64,000 bases of DNA from Gaiellales bacterium (GTDB lineage Bacteria > Actinomycetota > Thermoleophilia > Gaiellales > JAICJC01): NCBI GenBank assembly GCA_033856675.1, contig JAWVEN010000004.1:93532-157531 (forward strand). The letters are read 5' to 3'. Under the pieces are notes generated by a model that was not told the DNA's origin, ran no database searches, and was given only the letters and a program-made list of their open reading frames with translations. Every line of letters starts with the position of its first letter. Positions within the stretch are counted from its first letter, which is position 1. This document shows positions 8,638-17,668 of this stretch, one piece after another. The position numbers and the translations under genes are program-made.

Positions 8638-9600
8638 TCACATCCTCGACACGCGACGCTGATCGGGATCCAGCGGCTCACCAGGCCATCCCAGGCTTGC
8701 GGCGGCCGTGCGGACCGCCGCCAGCACCGCCTGGACGGAGGGACGCCTGGCATCTGCGGTGCGCGTTGCGGTGAAGATCGTTCGGTGCACCGAGCCCTCG
8801 GCGATGGCTCGCACGGTGATTCCCGGATGAGCATCGGGAGCGACGAGCTGCGGTAGCAGGGTGACCGCCTGTCCGTGTGCGACGGCGGCCAGTGTGGTGA
8901 CGCTGTCGTTCGTCCGGTGGCGGATGTCGGGGTCGAACCCGCCGAGCTCGCGGCAGGTTCGCTCGGTCATCTCCTCCCAGCCGGTGCCGCGATGGCCGGT
9001 CGCCCAAGCTTCGCCGCCGAGCTCGGCAAGGGGGACCGCGTGGCGATGGCGGCGCGCCGCAGGGTGATCCTTGGGCAAGATGAGGTGGACCGGGTCGCGG
9101 TGCATGTCCTGGCGATCCACGCCGAGGGGCCGCGAATGCGGATGGTGCTGCCATTCGTCGGCCAGGACCACGTCCACGTCGCCAAGCGCGAGCGCCGGCA
9201 GCGACTGCTCGGGCTCGGCCTCGAGCAGTTCGCATCGCAGCCCGGGCGCTTCCAGCGAGAGCGCCTGTATCGCCGGAACGGCGAGGCGGAGCGCGACGGA
9301 CTGGAAGCAGGCGATCCGCGCCCGCCCGGCGACGGCGCCCATGGCCTCGGCCAGTTCGGCCTCGGCGAGCTCCGCGCGCCCGAGCAGTGCCTCGGCGTGG
9401 CCCACGAGGACGATCGCGGCGTCGGTGAGCCGCACGCCTCGGCCGGCGCGCTCGAGCAGCGCGAGCCCGGTTTCGCGTTCCAGCACGGCAAGCTGCTGCG
9501 AGACGGCCGACGGGGTGAACTGCAGCGCTTCGGCGACAGCGGCAATGGTGCCGCGGGCGTGAAGCTCATGCAGCAGGCGCAGGCGGCGGAGATCCAGCAT
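8638..9600 (-). CDS. LysR family transcriptional regulator
   Basis: N-terminal wHTH (LRRLRLLHELHARGTIAAVAEALQFTPSAVSQQLAVLE) followed by a LysR substrate-binding domain. Divergent from an EamA transporter gene. Confidence 0.9.
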   Translation of the reverse strand: MLDLRRLRLLHELHARGTIAAVAEALQFTPSAVSQQLAVLERETGLALLERAGRGVRLTDAAIVLVGHAEALLGRAELAEAELAEAMGAVAGRARIACFQSVALRLAVPAIQALSLEAPGLRCELLEAEPEQSLPALALGDVDVVLADEWQHHPHSRPLGVDRQDMHRDPVHLILPKDHPAARRHRHAVPLAELGGEAWATGHRGTGWEEMTERTCRELGGFDPDIRHRTNDSVTTLAAVAHGQAVTLLPQLVAPDAHPGITVRAIAEGSVHRTIFTATRTADARRPSVQAVLAAVRTAAASLGWPGEPLDPDQRRVSRM

Positions 9601-9611
9601 CGTTAAGACAA

Positions 9612-9631
9612 TCTACCGGATCAACAGTAGA
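9612..9631. promoter_or_regulatory. Candidate LysR-type operator (TCTAC-N10-GTAGA dyad) in the divergent intergenic region
   Basis: Perfect 5-bp inverted repeat, seen directly, sits in the AT-richer 75-bp gap between the LysR and EamA starts. It fits the T-N11-A LysR box logic. Confidence 0.35.
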
Positions 9632-9675
9632 AATCACTATCGCTTCTGGACGATGCGGGAGGCAGAATCCGCGGT

Positions 9676-10587
9676 ATGCCCTCCGCCGGCGCCATGCTCT
9701 GTCTTGCCTCCGCGGCCGCGTTCGCTACGTCGGCCATCTTCGGGAAGCTCGCCTACGAGCAGGGCGCGACCGTCGGCACGCTGCTGGCCTCGCGATTCGT
9801 GCTCGCCGCCGCGCTTTTCTGGCTGTTCATGGGCGCCACCGGGCGCGTCCGGCGCCTGCGCGAGTTGTCTCGCCGTGACGTGGGCATCGCCCTCGCCCTT
9901 GGCATCGTGGGCTACAGCGCGCAGTCCGGAGCCTTCTTCGCGGCGCTTCAACGTCTTGACGCCTCGCTGCTGTCACTGCTCCTCTATACGTTCCCCACGA
10001 TTGTCACCGTGGCGGCGGTTGTGCTCGGACGCGAGCGCGCCACCCGGCGCACCGCTCTGGCCTTGGCGCTTGCATCGACCGGCCTCGCCCTCGTCCTGGC
10101 CGGAGCGCGCGACGGGGCGCTGGACCTCGTCGGTGTGGGGCTCGGGCTGACGGCCGCCGTCGTCTACAGCGCGTACATCCTGACCTCCGAGGGCGTCGCC
10201 TCGCGTCTCGGGGCCCTCACCATGAGCGCGCTGGTCTGCACCGGCGCGGCGGTGAGCCTGACGTTCGGCGGCTTCGCTCTCGGCGATCTTCACCCCGGCG
10301 ACGTGAGCGCCGCAGGGTTCGGTTGGCTGGGCGGCCTCGCCGTTGTCTCGACGGTCGGCGCCATCGCCCTCTTTTTCGCCGGTCTGCAACGCGTCGGCCC
10401 GACAGCTGCGTCGATCCTGTCGACCCTGGAGCCGGTGGTCACCGTGGTGCTGGCGTTCCAGATCTTCGGGGAGTCGCTCGGTGCCGTGCCGCTGGCGGGC
10501 GGCGCGCTGGTCATCGTGGCCGTGCTCGCAGTTCGAGCCCCCATGCGCCTCGCCACTGAGCCGGCCGCCGCCGAGGCGCGCGCATAA
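9676..10587 (+). CDS. EamA/DMT family transporter
   Basis: 303 aa with 10 TM-like segments and a duplicated EamA architecture. Confidence 0.85.
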   Translation: MPSAGAMLCLASAAAFATSAIFGKLAYEQGATVGTLLASRFVLAAALFWLFMGATGRVRRLRELSRRDVGIALALGIVGYSAQSGAFFAALQRLDASLLSLLLYTFPTIVTVAAVVLGRERATRRTALALALASTGLALVLAGARDGALDLVGVGLGLTAAVVYSAYILTSEGVASRLGALTMSALVCTGAAVSLTFGGFALGDLHPGDVSAAGFGWLGGLAVVSTVGAIALFFAGLQRVGPTAASILSTLEPVVTVVLAFQIFGESLGAVPLAGGALVIVAVLAVRAPMRLATEPAAAEARA

Positions 10588-10588
10588 C

Positions 10589-11515
10589 GTGGGTGCTGTG
10601 TCGGGCCTGCTCGCCGGCAAGGTGGCGCTCGTCGCCGGCGCGACGCGCGGTGCCGGGCGTGGCACAGCGGTCGCGCTGGGAGAGGCGGGAACGACGGTCT
10701 ACTGCACCGGTCGCACGACGAGGCAGAAGCGTTCGGAGTACGACCGGCCCGAGACGATCGAGGAGACCGCCGAGCTCGTCAGTGCCGCAGGTGGCGAGGG
10801 GATCGCGGTCGAGGTCGACCACCTGGAGCCCGCGCAGGTCGAAGCGCTCGTCCGGCGCATCGACGCCGAGCAGGGCCGCCTCGATGTGCTGGTCAACGAC
10901 GTCTGGGGCGGCGAGCTGCTCATCCAGTGGAACACGCCGGTCTGGGAACACGACCTCGAGGGCGGTCTGCGGATGCTGCGGCTGGCGATCGACACGCACC
11001 TGATCACGAGCCATTTCGCGTTGCCGGTGCTGATCCGCCGGCCGGGTGGCCTGGTCGTCGAGATGACAGACGGCACGCGCGCATACAACGATCAGAACTA
11101 CCGGCTCTCGACGTTCTACGACCTTGCCAAGACGGGGGCCATCCGGCTCGCGTTCACCCAGAGCAAGGAGCTCGCGCCGCGCGGGTGCACCGCCGTGGCG
11201 CTGACACCGGGGTGGATGCGGTCGGAGATGATGCTCGACATCTACCAGGTCACCGAGGACAACTGGCGTGAAACGACCGTCGGGAGCCCGCATTTCGTGG
11301 CGATCTCCGAGACGCCGCGGTTCGTCGGGCGGGCGGTCGCCGCGCTGGCCGCCGACCCGGACGTGCATCGTCGAAACGGCGGGTCGTTCTCCTCAGGCGG
11401 CCTGGCACGCGAGTACGGCTTCACCGACGTCGACGGCTCTCAGCCCGACTGCTGGCGCTACATGGTCGAGGTGCAGGACCCCGGCCTTCCGGCGGACTCG
11501 ACCGGCTACCGCTGA
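10589..11515 (+). CDS. SDR family oxidoreductase
   Basis: Starts at a GTG just after the upstream TAA. Rossmann motif (KVALVAGATRGAGRG) and a YxxxK catalytic pair (YDLAK). The ORF-track 5' extension is out-of-gene. Confidence 0.8.
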   Translation: MGAVSGLLAGKVALVAGATRGAGRGTAVALGEAGTTVYCTGRTTRQKRSEYDRPETIEETAELVSAAGGEGIAVEVDHLEPAQVEALVRRIDAEQGRLDVLVNDVWGGELLIQWNTPVWEHDLEGGLRMLRLAIDTHLITSHFALPVLIRRPGGLVVEMTDGTRAYNDQNYRLSTFYDLAKTGAIRLAFTQSKELAPRGCTAVALTPGWMRSEMMLDIYQVTEDNWRETTVGSPHFVAISETPRFVGRAVAALAADPDVHRRNGGSFSSGGLAREYGFTDVDGSQPDCWRYMVEVQDPGLPADSTGYR

Positions 11516-13086
11516 CCGACGGGCTCGCCCGCCGGGAAGTTCCGAAGGACGCTCAGCACCGGCCCAAGGGCCACCTGACCGAGGCCGCAGATCGAGGTCA
11601 GGCGCAGTGCCTCCTCGAGCTCGGTGACCGTCTGCTCCCAGTCCTCGCGGGCCGCCGCGCCCGCACCCTCCAGGAGGCGCACCGCCTTGTGGCTGCCCAC
11701 CCGGCAGGGCACGCACTTGCCGCAGCTCTCGTTGGCGAAGAAGCGCAGCACGTTCGTCGCCAGCGCCAGCACGTCGGTGCCCTCCGCGACCGCCACCATG
11801 GCGCCCGATCCGAGCATGCTTCCGGCCTCCTGCAGCGTCGCGAAGTCGAGTGCGACGTCGGCATGGTCGGCGGGGAGGAAGTTCGACGATGCACCGCCCG
11901 GCGCGAACGCTCCCAGCGTATGGCCATCGAGCATGCCACCGGCGACATCGATCAGCTCCTCCACCGTCGTCCCCATCGGCACGCAGTAGACGCCCGGGGC
12001 CGACACGTGACCGGAGACGGAGATGAACTTGACGCCGGCGTGGCCAGGGCGGCCCAGTGCCTTCCACCGCTCCACGTCGTCGACGATCGCAGGGACGTGG
12101 TGGAACGTCTCGACGTTGTTCATCAGCGTCGGCATGCCCCACAGGCCGACGGTGCCCGGGAACGGCGGCTTGTTGCGCGGCTCGCCTCGGCGTCCCTCGA
12201 GACAGTCCAGCAGCGCTGTCTCCTCGCCCAGGATGTAGCCGCCCGGTGAGGTGAAGATCTCGATGTCGCGGTCGCCGCCGATCAGTCCCAGCTCACGCGC
12301 GCGGTTCAGCTCGGCAGCCAGCGCGTGTTCCTCGGGACCGTACTCGTGGCGGACGTAGACGATGCCCTCCTGCGCCTTCACCACCCACATGGCGAGCAGC
12401 ATGCCCTCCACCATCAGATGCGGGAGCTGGCGGAGGATCTCGCGATCCTTGAAGGTGCCTGGCTCCGACTCGTCGGCGTTGCAGATCACGTACTTCGGGC
12501 CGCGCTCCTCGGCGGCCACGAGCTTCCACTTGAGACCGGTCGGGAAGCCGGCGCCGCCCATTCCGCGCAGTCCGGAAGCCTCGAGGGTCGTAATGACGCC
12601 CTCCGGGGTGAGCTTGCCGGCCAGCGCCCGCCGGAAGACGCCGTAGTGCTCGTCGGGCGATGAGTAGGGGTCGCTGGGCCAGGTCTGGAGCGGGGTGTCG
12701 AGCGGTTCCACAGGGCGACCGTCGACGAGGTCGAGCACGTCGACCATCCGGCACGGCTCGTCGTTCACCGTGGCAGCGGGTGCACAGTCGCAGCGCCCGA
12801 TGCACGAGACGCGGCGCACCTTCACGCCCTCGCGGCCGGCCAGCGCCGCCTCGACGGAGTCGGCCTGCGCTTCACCGTCGCGGAGCCAGCAGCTCATGTC
12901 GCGGCACAGCGTCACCTCGTGTGTTGCCGCCGGCTCGGTGCGGTAGTGCGGATAGAACGACAGCAGCCCCTGTAGCTCGTAGAGCGGCCGCTGCGTCCGT
13001 CGTGACAACGCCTCGAGGTCCTCGCGGCGGAGCCAGCCGTGCTCGCTCTGGAGGTCGTTCAGGTCGTGGATCAGGGTCCGTCTCAC
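11506..13086 (-). CDS. NAD-linked formate dehydrogenase beta subunit (fused NuoE-like + NuoF-like)
   Basis: N-terminal thioredoxin-like 2Fe-2S region (CRDMSC...VSCIGRCDCAP). FMN/NADH site (GLRGMGGAGFPTGLKW) and 4Fe-4S site (ESCGKCVPCRVG). GTGA overlap with fdsA. Confidence 0.85.
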   Translation of the reverse strand: MRRTLIHDLNDLQSEHGWLRREDLEALSRRTQRPLYELQGLLSFYPHYRTEPAATHEVTLCRDMSCWLRDGEAQADSVEAALAGREGVKVRRVSCIGRCDCAPAATVNDEPCRMVDVLDLVDGRPVEPLDTPLQTWPSDPYSSPDEHYGVFRRALAGKLTPEGVITTLEASGLRGMGGAGFPTGLKWKLVAAEERGPKYVICNADESEPGTFKDREILRQLPHLMVEGMLLAMWVVKAQEGIVYVRHEYGPEEHALAAELNRARELGLIGGDRDIEIFTSPGGYILGEETALLDCLEGRRGEPRNKPPFPGTVGLWGMPTLMNNVETFHHVPAIVDDVERWKALGRPGHAGVKFISVSGHVSAPGVYCVPMGTTVEELIDVAGGMLDGHTLGAFAPGGASSNFLPADHADVALDFATLQEAGSMLGSGAMVAVAEGTDVLALATNVLRFFANESCGKCVPCRVGSHKAVRLLEGAGAAAREDWEQTVTELEEALRLTSICGLGQVALGPVLSVLRNFPAGEPVGQR

Positions 13087-15902
13087 GCCGGCTCGACCCG
13101 CACCGCACAGAACTTGAACTCGGGGATCTTGCCCGTCGGATCGATGGCGTCGTTGGTCAGCACGTTCGCCGCCGCCTCACGGAAGTGGAACGGGATGAAG
13201 CATGCCCCTTCGTTCTCACGATCGGACACCTTCGCCATGATGCGAATGCTGCCGCGCCGCGACGTGACGCGGACGTAGTCGCCGCTGCCGACGCCGATCC
13301 GGGCCGCATCCGCCGGGTGGAGCGACACCTCGGCGTGCGGTGCGATCGTGTCGAGCGCGTAGCTTCGCCGCGTCATCGACCCCGTGTGCCAGTGCTGGAG
13401 CAGCCGGCCCGTGGTGAGCACGATCGGGTACTCCTCGTCGGGTAGCTCGTTCGCCGGCAGCCACTCCGCCGGCACGAGCTTCGCGCGCCCGTCGTCGGTG
13501 CTGAAGACCCGGTCGAACAGCACGACCTTGCCGTCCGGGTTGTCCTCGTCGAGGGGATACAGCTTGCCCGGCCCCTCGATCGCTTCGTAGGACATGCCCG
13601 CGTAGCTCGGCATCATCGTGACCAGCTCGTCGAACACCTCGGAAGGCGACTCGTACTCCATCGGGTAACCGAAGCGGTTCGAGATCTCGCAGATGATCTC
13701 CCAGTCCTGACGCGCCTCGCCGGGGGGCTTCATGGCCGGCCGGCCGATCTGAACGCGCCGGTCTGTGTTCGTGTACGTGCCGACCTTCTCGAGCGCCGTC
13801 GTGGCGGGGAGGACGACATCGGCGAACTCGGCCGTCTCGGTCAGGAAGATGTCCTGCACCACCAGGAAGTCCAGGTTCGCCAGGCCCTTGCGCACCTTGT
13901 TGACGTTCGGGTCGGAGAGGAAGGGGTTCTCGCCCATCATGTACATCCCGCGCACGTCGCCGGCCAGCGCGGCCGCGACGATCTCGGTCACCGTCAGCCC
14001 CGCGTCGGGGTCGAGCTCGGCGTCCCACGCGCGCTCGAACTTCTCGCGGACATCCTCGCGGACGACGTGCTGATAGTCGGGGTACATCATCGGGATCAGG
14101 CCGGCGTCGGAGGCGCCCTGCACGTTGTTCTGCCCCCGCAGCGGGTGCAGGCCGGTGCCGGGGCGGCCGACGTTGCCCGTGATGGCGCACATCGCGATCA
14201 GGCAGCGGGCGTTGTCGGTGCCGGTGGTGTGCTGCGAGATGCCCATGCCCCAGTAGATGACGCCCGCACCGGCGCGGCCCCAGATGCGGCCGACGTCACG
14301 GATCGTGTCTGCGTCCACGCCGCAGATCTGCGCCGCCAGCTCGGGCGGATAGCGCAGCACCAGCTCGCGCAGCGCCTCGTAGTTCGACGTGCGGCCGGCA
14401 ATGAACTCCTCGTCGACGAGACTCTCGCTGACGATCACGTTCATCACGCCGTTGTAGAAGGCCACGTCGGTTCCGGGCTTGATGCGGCAGAAGATGTCGG
14501 CGTGGTCGGCGATCCGCTCCTCGCGCGGGTCGACCACGATCAGCGTCGTGCCGCGCTTGCGCGCGCCCTTGAAGAAGCTCGATGCGACGGGGTGGTTCGC
14601 CGTCGTGTTGCTGCCGGCGATGATCGCGACATTCGCGTTCTCGATGTCGCCGTATGTGGTCGACACGGCGCCGGAGCCGACACCTTCCAGCAGCGCGGCG
14701 ACGGATGACGCGTGGCACAGCCGGGTGCAGTGGTCGACGTTGTTCGTGCCGAAGCCGGCGCGGATGAACTTCTGGAAGAGGTACGCCTCTTCGTTCGTGC
14801 ACTTCGCGGAGCCGAAGCCGGCCAGCGCGCCGGGGCCGTGCTCGTCCTTGATCCCGCGCAGGCGCGAAGCCACGAGGTCGAGCGCCTCCTCCCAGGTCGC
14901 CTCGCGGAAATGCGGCAGCACCTGGTCGTAGTCGACGAGACCACCTGGCTTGCGGCCTTTGCGGGTGCCGTCGTGCTCGCCTCGCACGTCATCCGAAAGG
15001 GCGCCCTTGGGGTATGACTCCTCGCGGCGGATCAGCGGCACCGTCAGACGCTGCGAGGAGAGCGAGTAGTCCCAGCCGTAGCGGCCCTTCACACACAGCC
15101 GGCTCTGGTTGCCGGGCTGGTCACGGCCCTCGGCGAAGACGATCAGCTCGTGCTCGGGGTCGACGTGGTAGGTCAGCGCACAGCCGACGCCGCAGTACGG
15201 ACAGACCGAATCAACCTGCTTCAGCTCCGACCGTGGCCGCAGCGGCAGCGTGATGGCCTTGTTGGTCAGGGCGCCGGTCGGGCAGGCGGCGACGCACTCG
15301 CCGCAGGTGACGCAGGTGGAGTTGCCCATCGGGTCGTCGAGGTCGAAGCCGATCCGGGCCGTGTAGCCCTTCCCGGTGCGGCCGATCACGTCGTTCGACT
15401 GGATGTCGTCGCAGGCCCGCACGCAGCGGTCGCACATGATGCACGCCTGGTGGTCGACCGCGATCACGGGGTTGGAGAAGTCGTCCGGGCGGCCGTTCTC
15501 GTGCAGCAGCCGGTTCTGCCGCGGGACGCCGTAGCGGTCGGCCAGCTCCAGCAGCTCGTTGTCCGCAGTGGTGGTCTGCTTCGGATCGACCTCGGGCTGA
15601 TCCGACATCAGCATCTCGGTCAGCATCGCGCGCTGCTTCTCGACCCGCTCGGAGGCGGTCTCGACCTCCATCCCCTGCTCGCACGCCCGGACGCAGGACG
15701 CGGCCAGCACGCGCTGGCCGATGTCGACGACGCACATGCGGCAGACGCCGACGGGGTCGTAGCGAGGGTCGTGGCACAGCACGGGCACCTCGACGCCGGC
15801 CTGGCGGGCGGCGTCCCAGATCGTCGTCCCCTCGGGGACGGTGACCTCCTGGCCGTCGATGGTCAGCGTCACCGTTGCTGTGGTGGGGAGCGTCGTGCTC
15901 AT
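13083..15902 (-). CDS. Formate dehydrogenase alpha subunit (Mo/W-bis-MGD, NuoG-like Fe-S N-terminus), Cys-type
   Basis: 2Fe-2S and 4Fe-4S N-terminal modules, then a MopB formate-DH domain with active-site context HCTRLCHASSV (Cys-His). 939 aa. ATGA overlap with aor. Confidence 0.9.
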   Translation of the reverse strand: MSTTLPTTATVTLTIDGQEVTVPEGTTIWDAARQAGVEVPVLCHDPRYDPVGVCRMCVVDIGQRVLAASCVRACEQGMEVETASERVEKQRAMLTEMLMSDQPEVDPKQTTTADNELLELADRYGVPRQNRLLHENGRPDDFSNPVIAVDHQACIMCDRCVRACDDIQSNDVIGRTGKGYTARIGFDLDDPMGNSTCVTCGECVAACPTGALTNKAITLPLRPRSELKQVDSVCPYCGVGCALTYHVDPEHELIVFAEGRDQPGNQSRLCVKGRYGWDYSLSSQRLTVPLIRREESYPKGALSDDVRGEHDGTRKGRKPGGLVDYDQVLPHFREATWEEALDLVASRLRGIKDEHGPGALAGFGSAKCTNEEAYLFQKFIRAGFGTNNVDHCTRLCHASSVAALLEGVGSGAVSTTYGDIENANVAIIAGSNTTANHPVASSFFKGARKRGTTLIVVDPREERIADHADIFCRIKPGTDVAFYNGVMNVIVSESLVDEEFIAGRTSNYEALRELVLRYPPELAAQICGVDADTIRDVGRIWGRAGAGVIYWGMGISQHTTGTDNARCLIAMCAITGNVGRPGTGLHPLRGQNNVQGASDAGLIPMMYPDYQHVVREDVREKFERAWDAELDPDAGLTVTEIVAAALAGDVRGMYMMGENPFLSDPNVNKVRKGLANLDFLVVQDIFLTETAEFADVVLPATTALEKVGTYTNTDRRVQIGRPAMKPPGEARQDWEIICEISNRFGYPMEYESPSEVFDELVTMMPSYAGMSYEAIEGPGKLYPLDEDNPDGKVVLFDRVFSTDDGRAKLVPAEWLPANELPDEEYPIVLTTGRLLQHWHTGSMTRRSYALDTIAPHAEVSLHPADAARIGVGSGDYVRVTSRRGSIRIMAKVSDRENEGACFIPFHFREAAANVLTNDAIDPTGKIPEFKFCAVRVEPA

Positions 15903-17668
15903 GCAGGCACCAGATCCTTCGCCTCGACCAGTGGGAAGCCCTGCTCATCCCAGCCGCGGCGGAGGTTGTACTCGCGCACCATGCCGGCGAGCCGCTCGCG
16001 GGGCAGGGTCACCGTCGTCCCGGCACCCGTCTGCAGCGGCTCGTCGAGGAACCGGTCGGGCAGGGTGTCCTGGTCCGGCGTCCAGCCATGGCTCACATTG
16101 AACAGCTTCTTGGTCGTCACGATCCTCCCCGCCACCTGGCCCAGCTCCTCGGCGTCATAGTCGCAGCCGGTGACAGCGTTGAGCAAGGTCGCCCATTCGA
16201 TTCTGGCATCAGTGAACACTCCGCGAAGGAATTTGCAGAGGATCATGCTGTCTATCAGGGCGGCGTTGTCCTCGGTGTCGATTGCCGCGACGACGGAGTC
16301 CGTTCCGCCGTGCAGACGGTCGACTCGCTGCGAGAAGTCGGCCTCGTACGCGCCCGAGCGATTGTGGTCGGCGCCGCGGGCGTTGACGGCCAGGCCGAGC
16401 GCCATCGACTGCAGCGTCCGCGGCTCGTAGCCGGGCAGCTCCAGGCCCTTGACCTGGGCCGCAAACGAGATCGCATCACCGCCGAGGTGCTCCGCCAGGC
16501 GGCGCGACCCCATGCGAAGGAGCGGGCCGATCCCCTCACCGCTGCCGATCTCGCCGAGCGCGCGCAGCAGCGCCTCACCCGAGCCGAAGCGGAGCCACGG
16601 CGCGTCCAGCAGCCCGCGTTCGACGCACTCCATCGCAAAGGCGATCGTCCCTCCGGCAGAGATGGTGTCGATGCCGAGCGTGTCGCACAGGCGGCTGGCC
16701 TCGACGACCGCGGCCGGGTCACCCACGCCGCACAGTGGCCCCAGGGCAAAGGCGTTCTCGTATTCGAGCCGAGCGCCGTTGCCGTCGGCGGTCTCGTAGA
16801 TGTGCCCGCAGCCGATGGTGCACGAGGCACAGGAATGGCGCGTGCGCTGCTTCAGCTCGGAGGCCTGCTCGGCGGAGAGCGCCGCGGCTCCCTCGAAGGT
16901 GGCAGCCTGGAAGTTGCGGGTCGGAAGCGTGTTCAGGGCGTTGAAGGCAAGGAGGTTTGCAAGCGTCCCGAGCTCGCGGTACTTCTCGGTGGCCGGCCCG
17001 AATGAGCGAGTGCGCAGGTCTGCGGCGATCTCGAGCACCCGTTTGGGGTCAGCCAGCGGGACGGGTGTCCTGCCGCGCACCGCGATGGCCTTGACGTTCT
17101 TCAGTCCGAGCACCGCGCCGTGGCCGCCGCGGCCGGCGTGGCGACCATCGTGCGACACCGTGGCAAAGGGCACCAGCCGCTCGCCCGCCGGGCCGATGGC
17201 GGCGGCGCGAAATCCGCGCCCGAGCCGGGCGCGCAGATGCTCTTCTGCGTCGCCGGCGGCAAGCCCCATCAGATCGCCGGCCGGTTCGAGCCATGTGGCG
17301 CCGTCGTCGATCACCACCACGCTGGGCTCGGCCGCACGGCCGGTCAGCACGATGGCGTCGTGCCCGGTCATCTTGCCCTGGATCGCGAAATGGCTCGACG
17401 CGAGGGCATCGTTCAGCAGGCCCGTCAGCGGCGAGCGCGCTACCACCGCGAACTTCGCGCTCGTGGTCAGCGGCGTCCCCACCAGCGGCGAGAAGACGAA
17501 GGCGATCGGGTCGCCCTCCGGCTCGGCGGTGGTCAGGATCCAGGCGCCGAGCCCGGCCCCGCCGATGAAGCCGCGGCGCACAGCGTCGGGAATCGGCATG
17601 CCCTCGGCGGTGCCGGTGTCGAGGTCGACCCGCAGATACCGCCCAAACCCGCCGCCGATACCGCTCAT
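15899..17668 (-). CDS. aor: Aldehyde:ferredoxin oxidoreductase family protein (tungstopterin type)
   Basis: AFOR N-terminal opening (GRYLRVDLDTG...GGAGLGAWIL) and a 4Fe-4S ligand cluster (HSCASCTIGCGH). 589 aa, typical of the AOR family. Confidence 0.85.
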   Translation of the reverse strand: MSGIGGGFGRYLRVDLDTGTAEGMPIPDAVRRGFIGGAGLGAWILTTAEPEGDPIAFVFSPLVGTPLTTSAKFAVVARSPLTGLLNDALASSHFAIQGKMTGHDAIVLTGRAAEPSVVVIDDGATWLEPAGDLMGLAAGDAEEHLRARLGRGFRAAAIGPAGERLVPFATVSHDGRHAGRGGHGAVLGLKNVKAIAVRGRTPVPLADPKRVLEIAADLRTRSFGPATEKYRELGTLANLLAFNALNTLPTRNFQAATFEGAAALSAEQASELKQRTRHSCASCTIGCGHIYETADGNGARLEYENAFALGPLCGVGDPAAVVEASRLCDTLGIDTISAGGTIAFAMECVERGLLDAPWLRFGSGEALLRALGEIGSGEGIGPLLRMGSRRLAEHLGGDAISFAAQVKGLELPGYEPRTLQSMALGLAVNARGADHNRSGAYEADFSQRVDRLHGGTDSVVAAIDTEDNAALIDSMILCKFLRGVFTDARIEWATLLNAVTGCDYDAEELGQVAGRIVTTKKLFNVSHGWTPDQDTLPDRFLDEPLQTGAGTTVTLPRERLAGMVREYNLRRGWDEQGFPLVEAKDLVPA

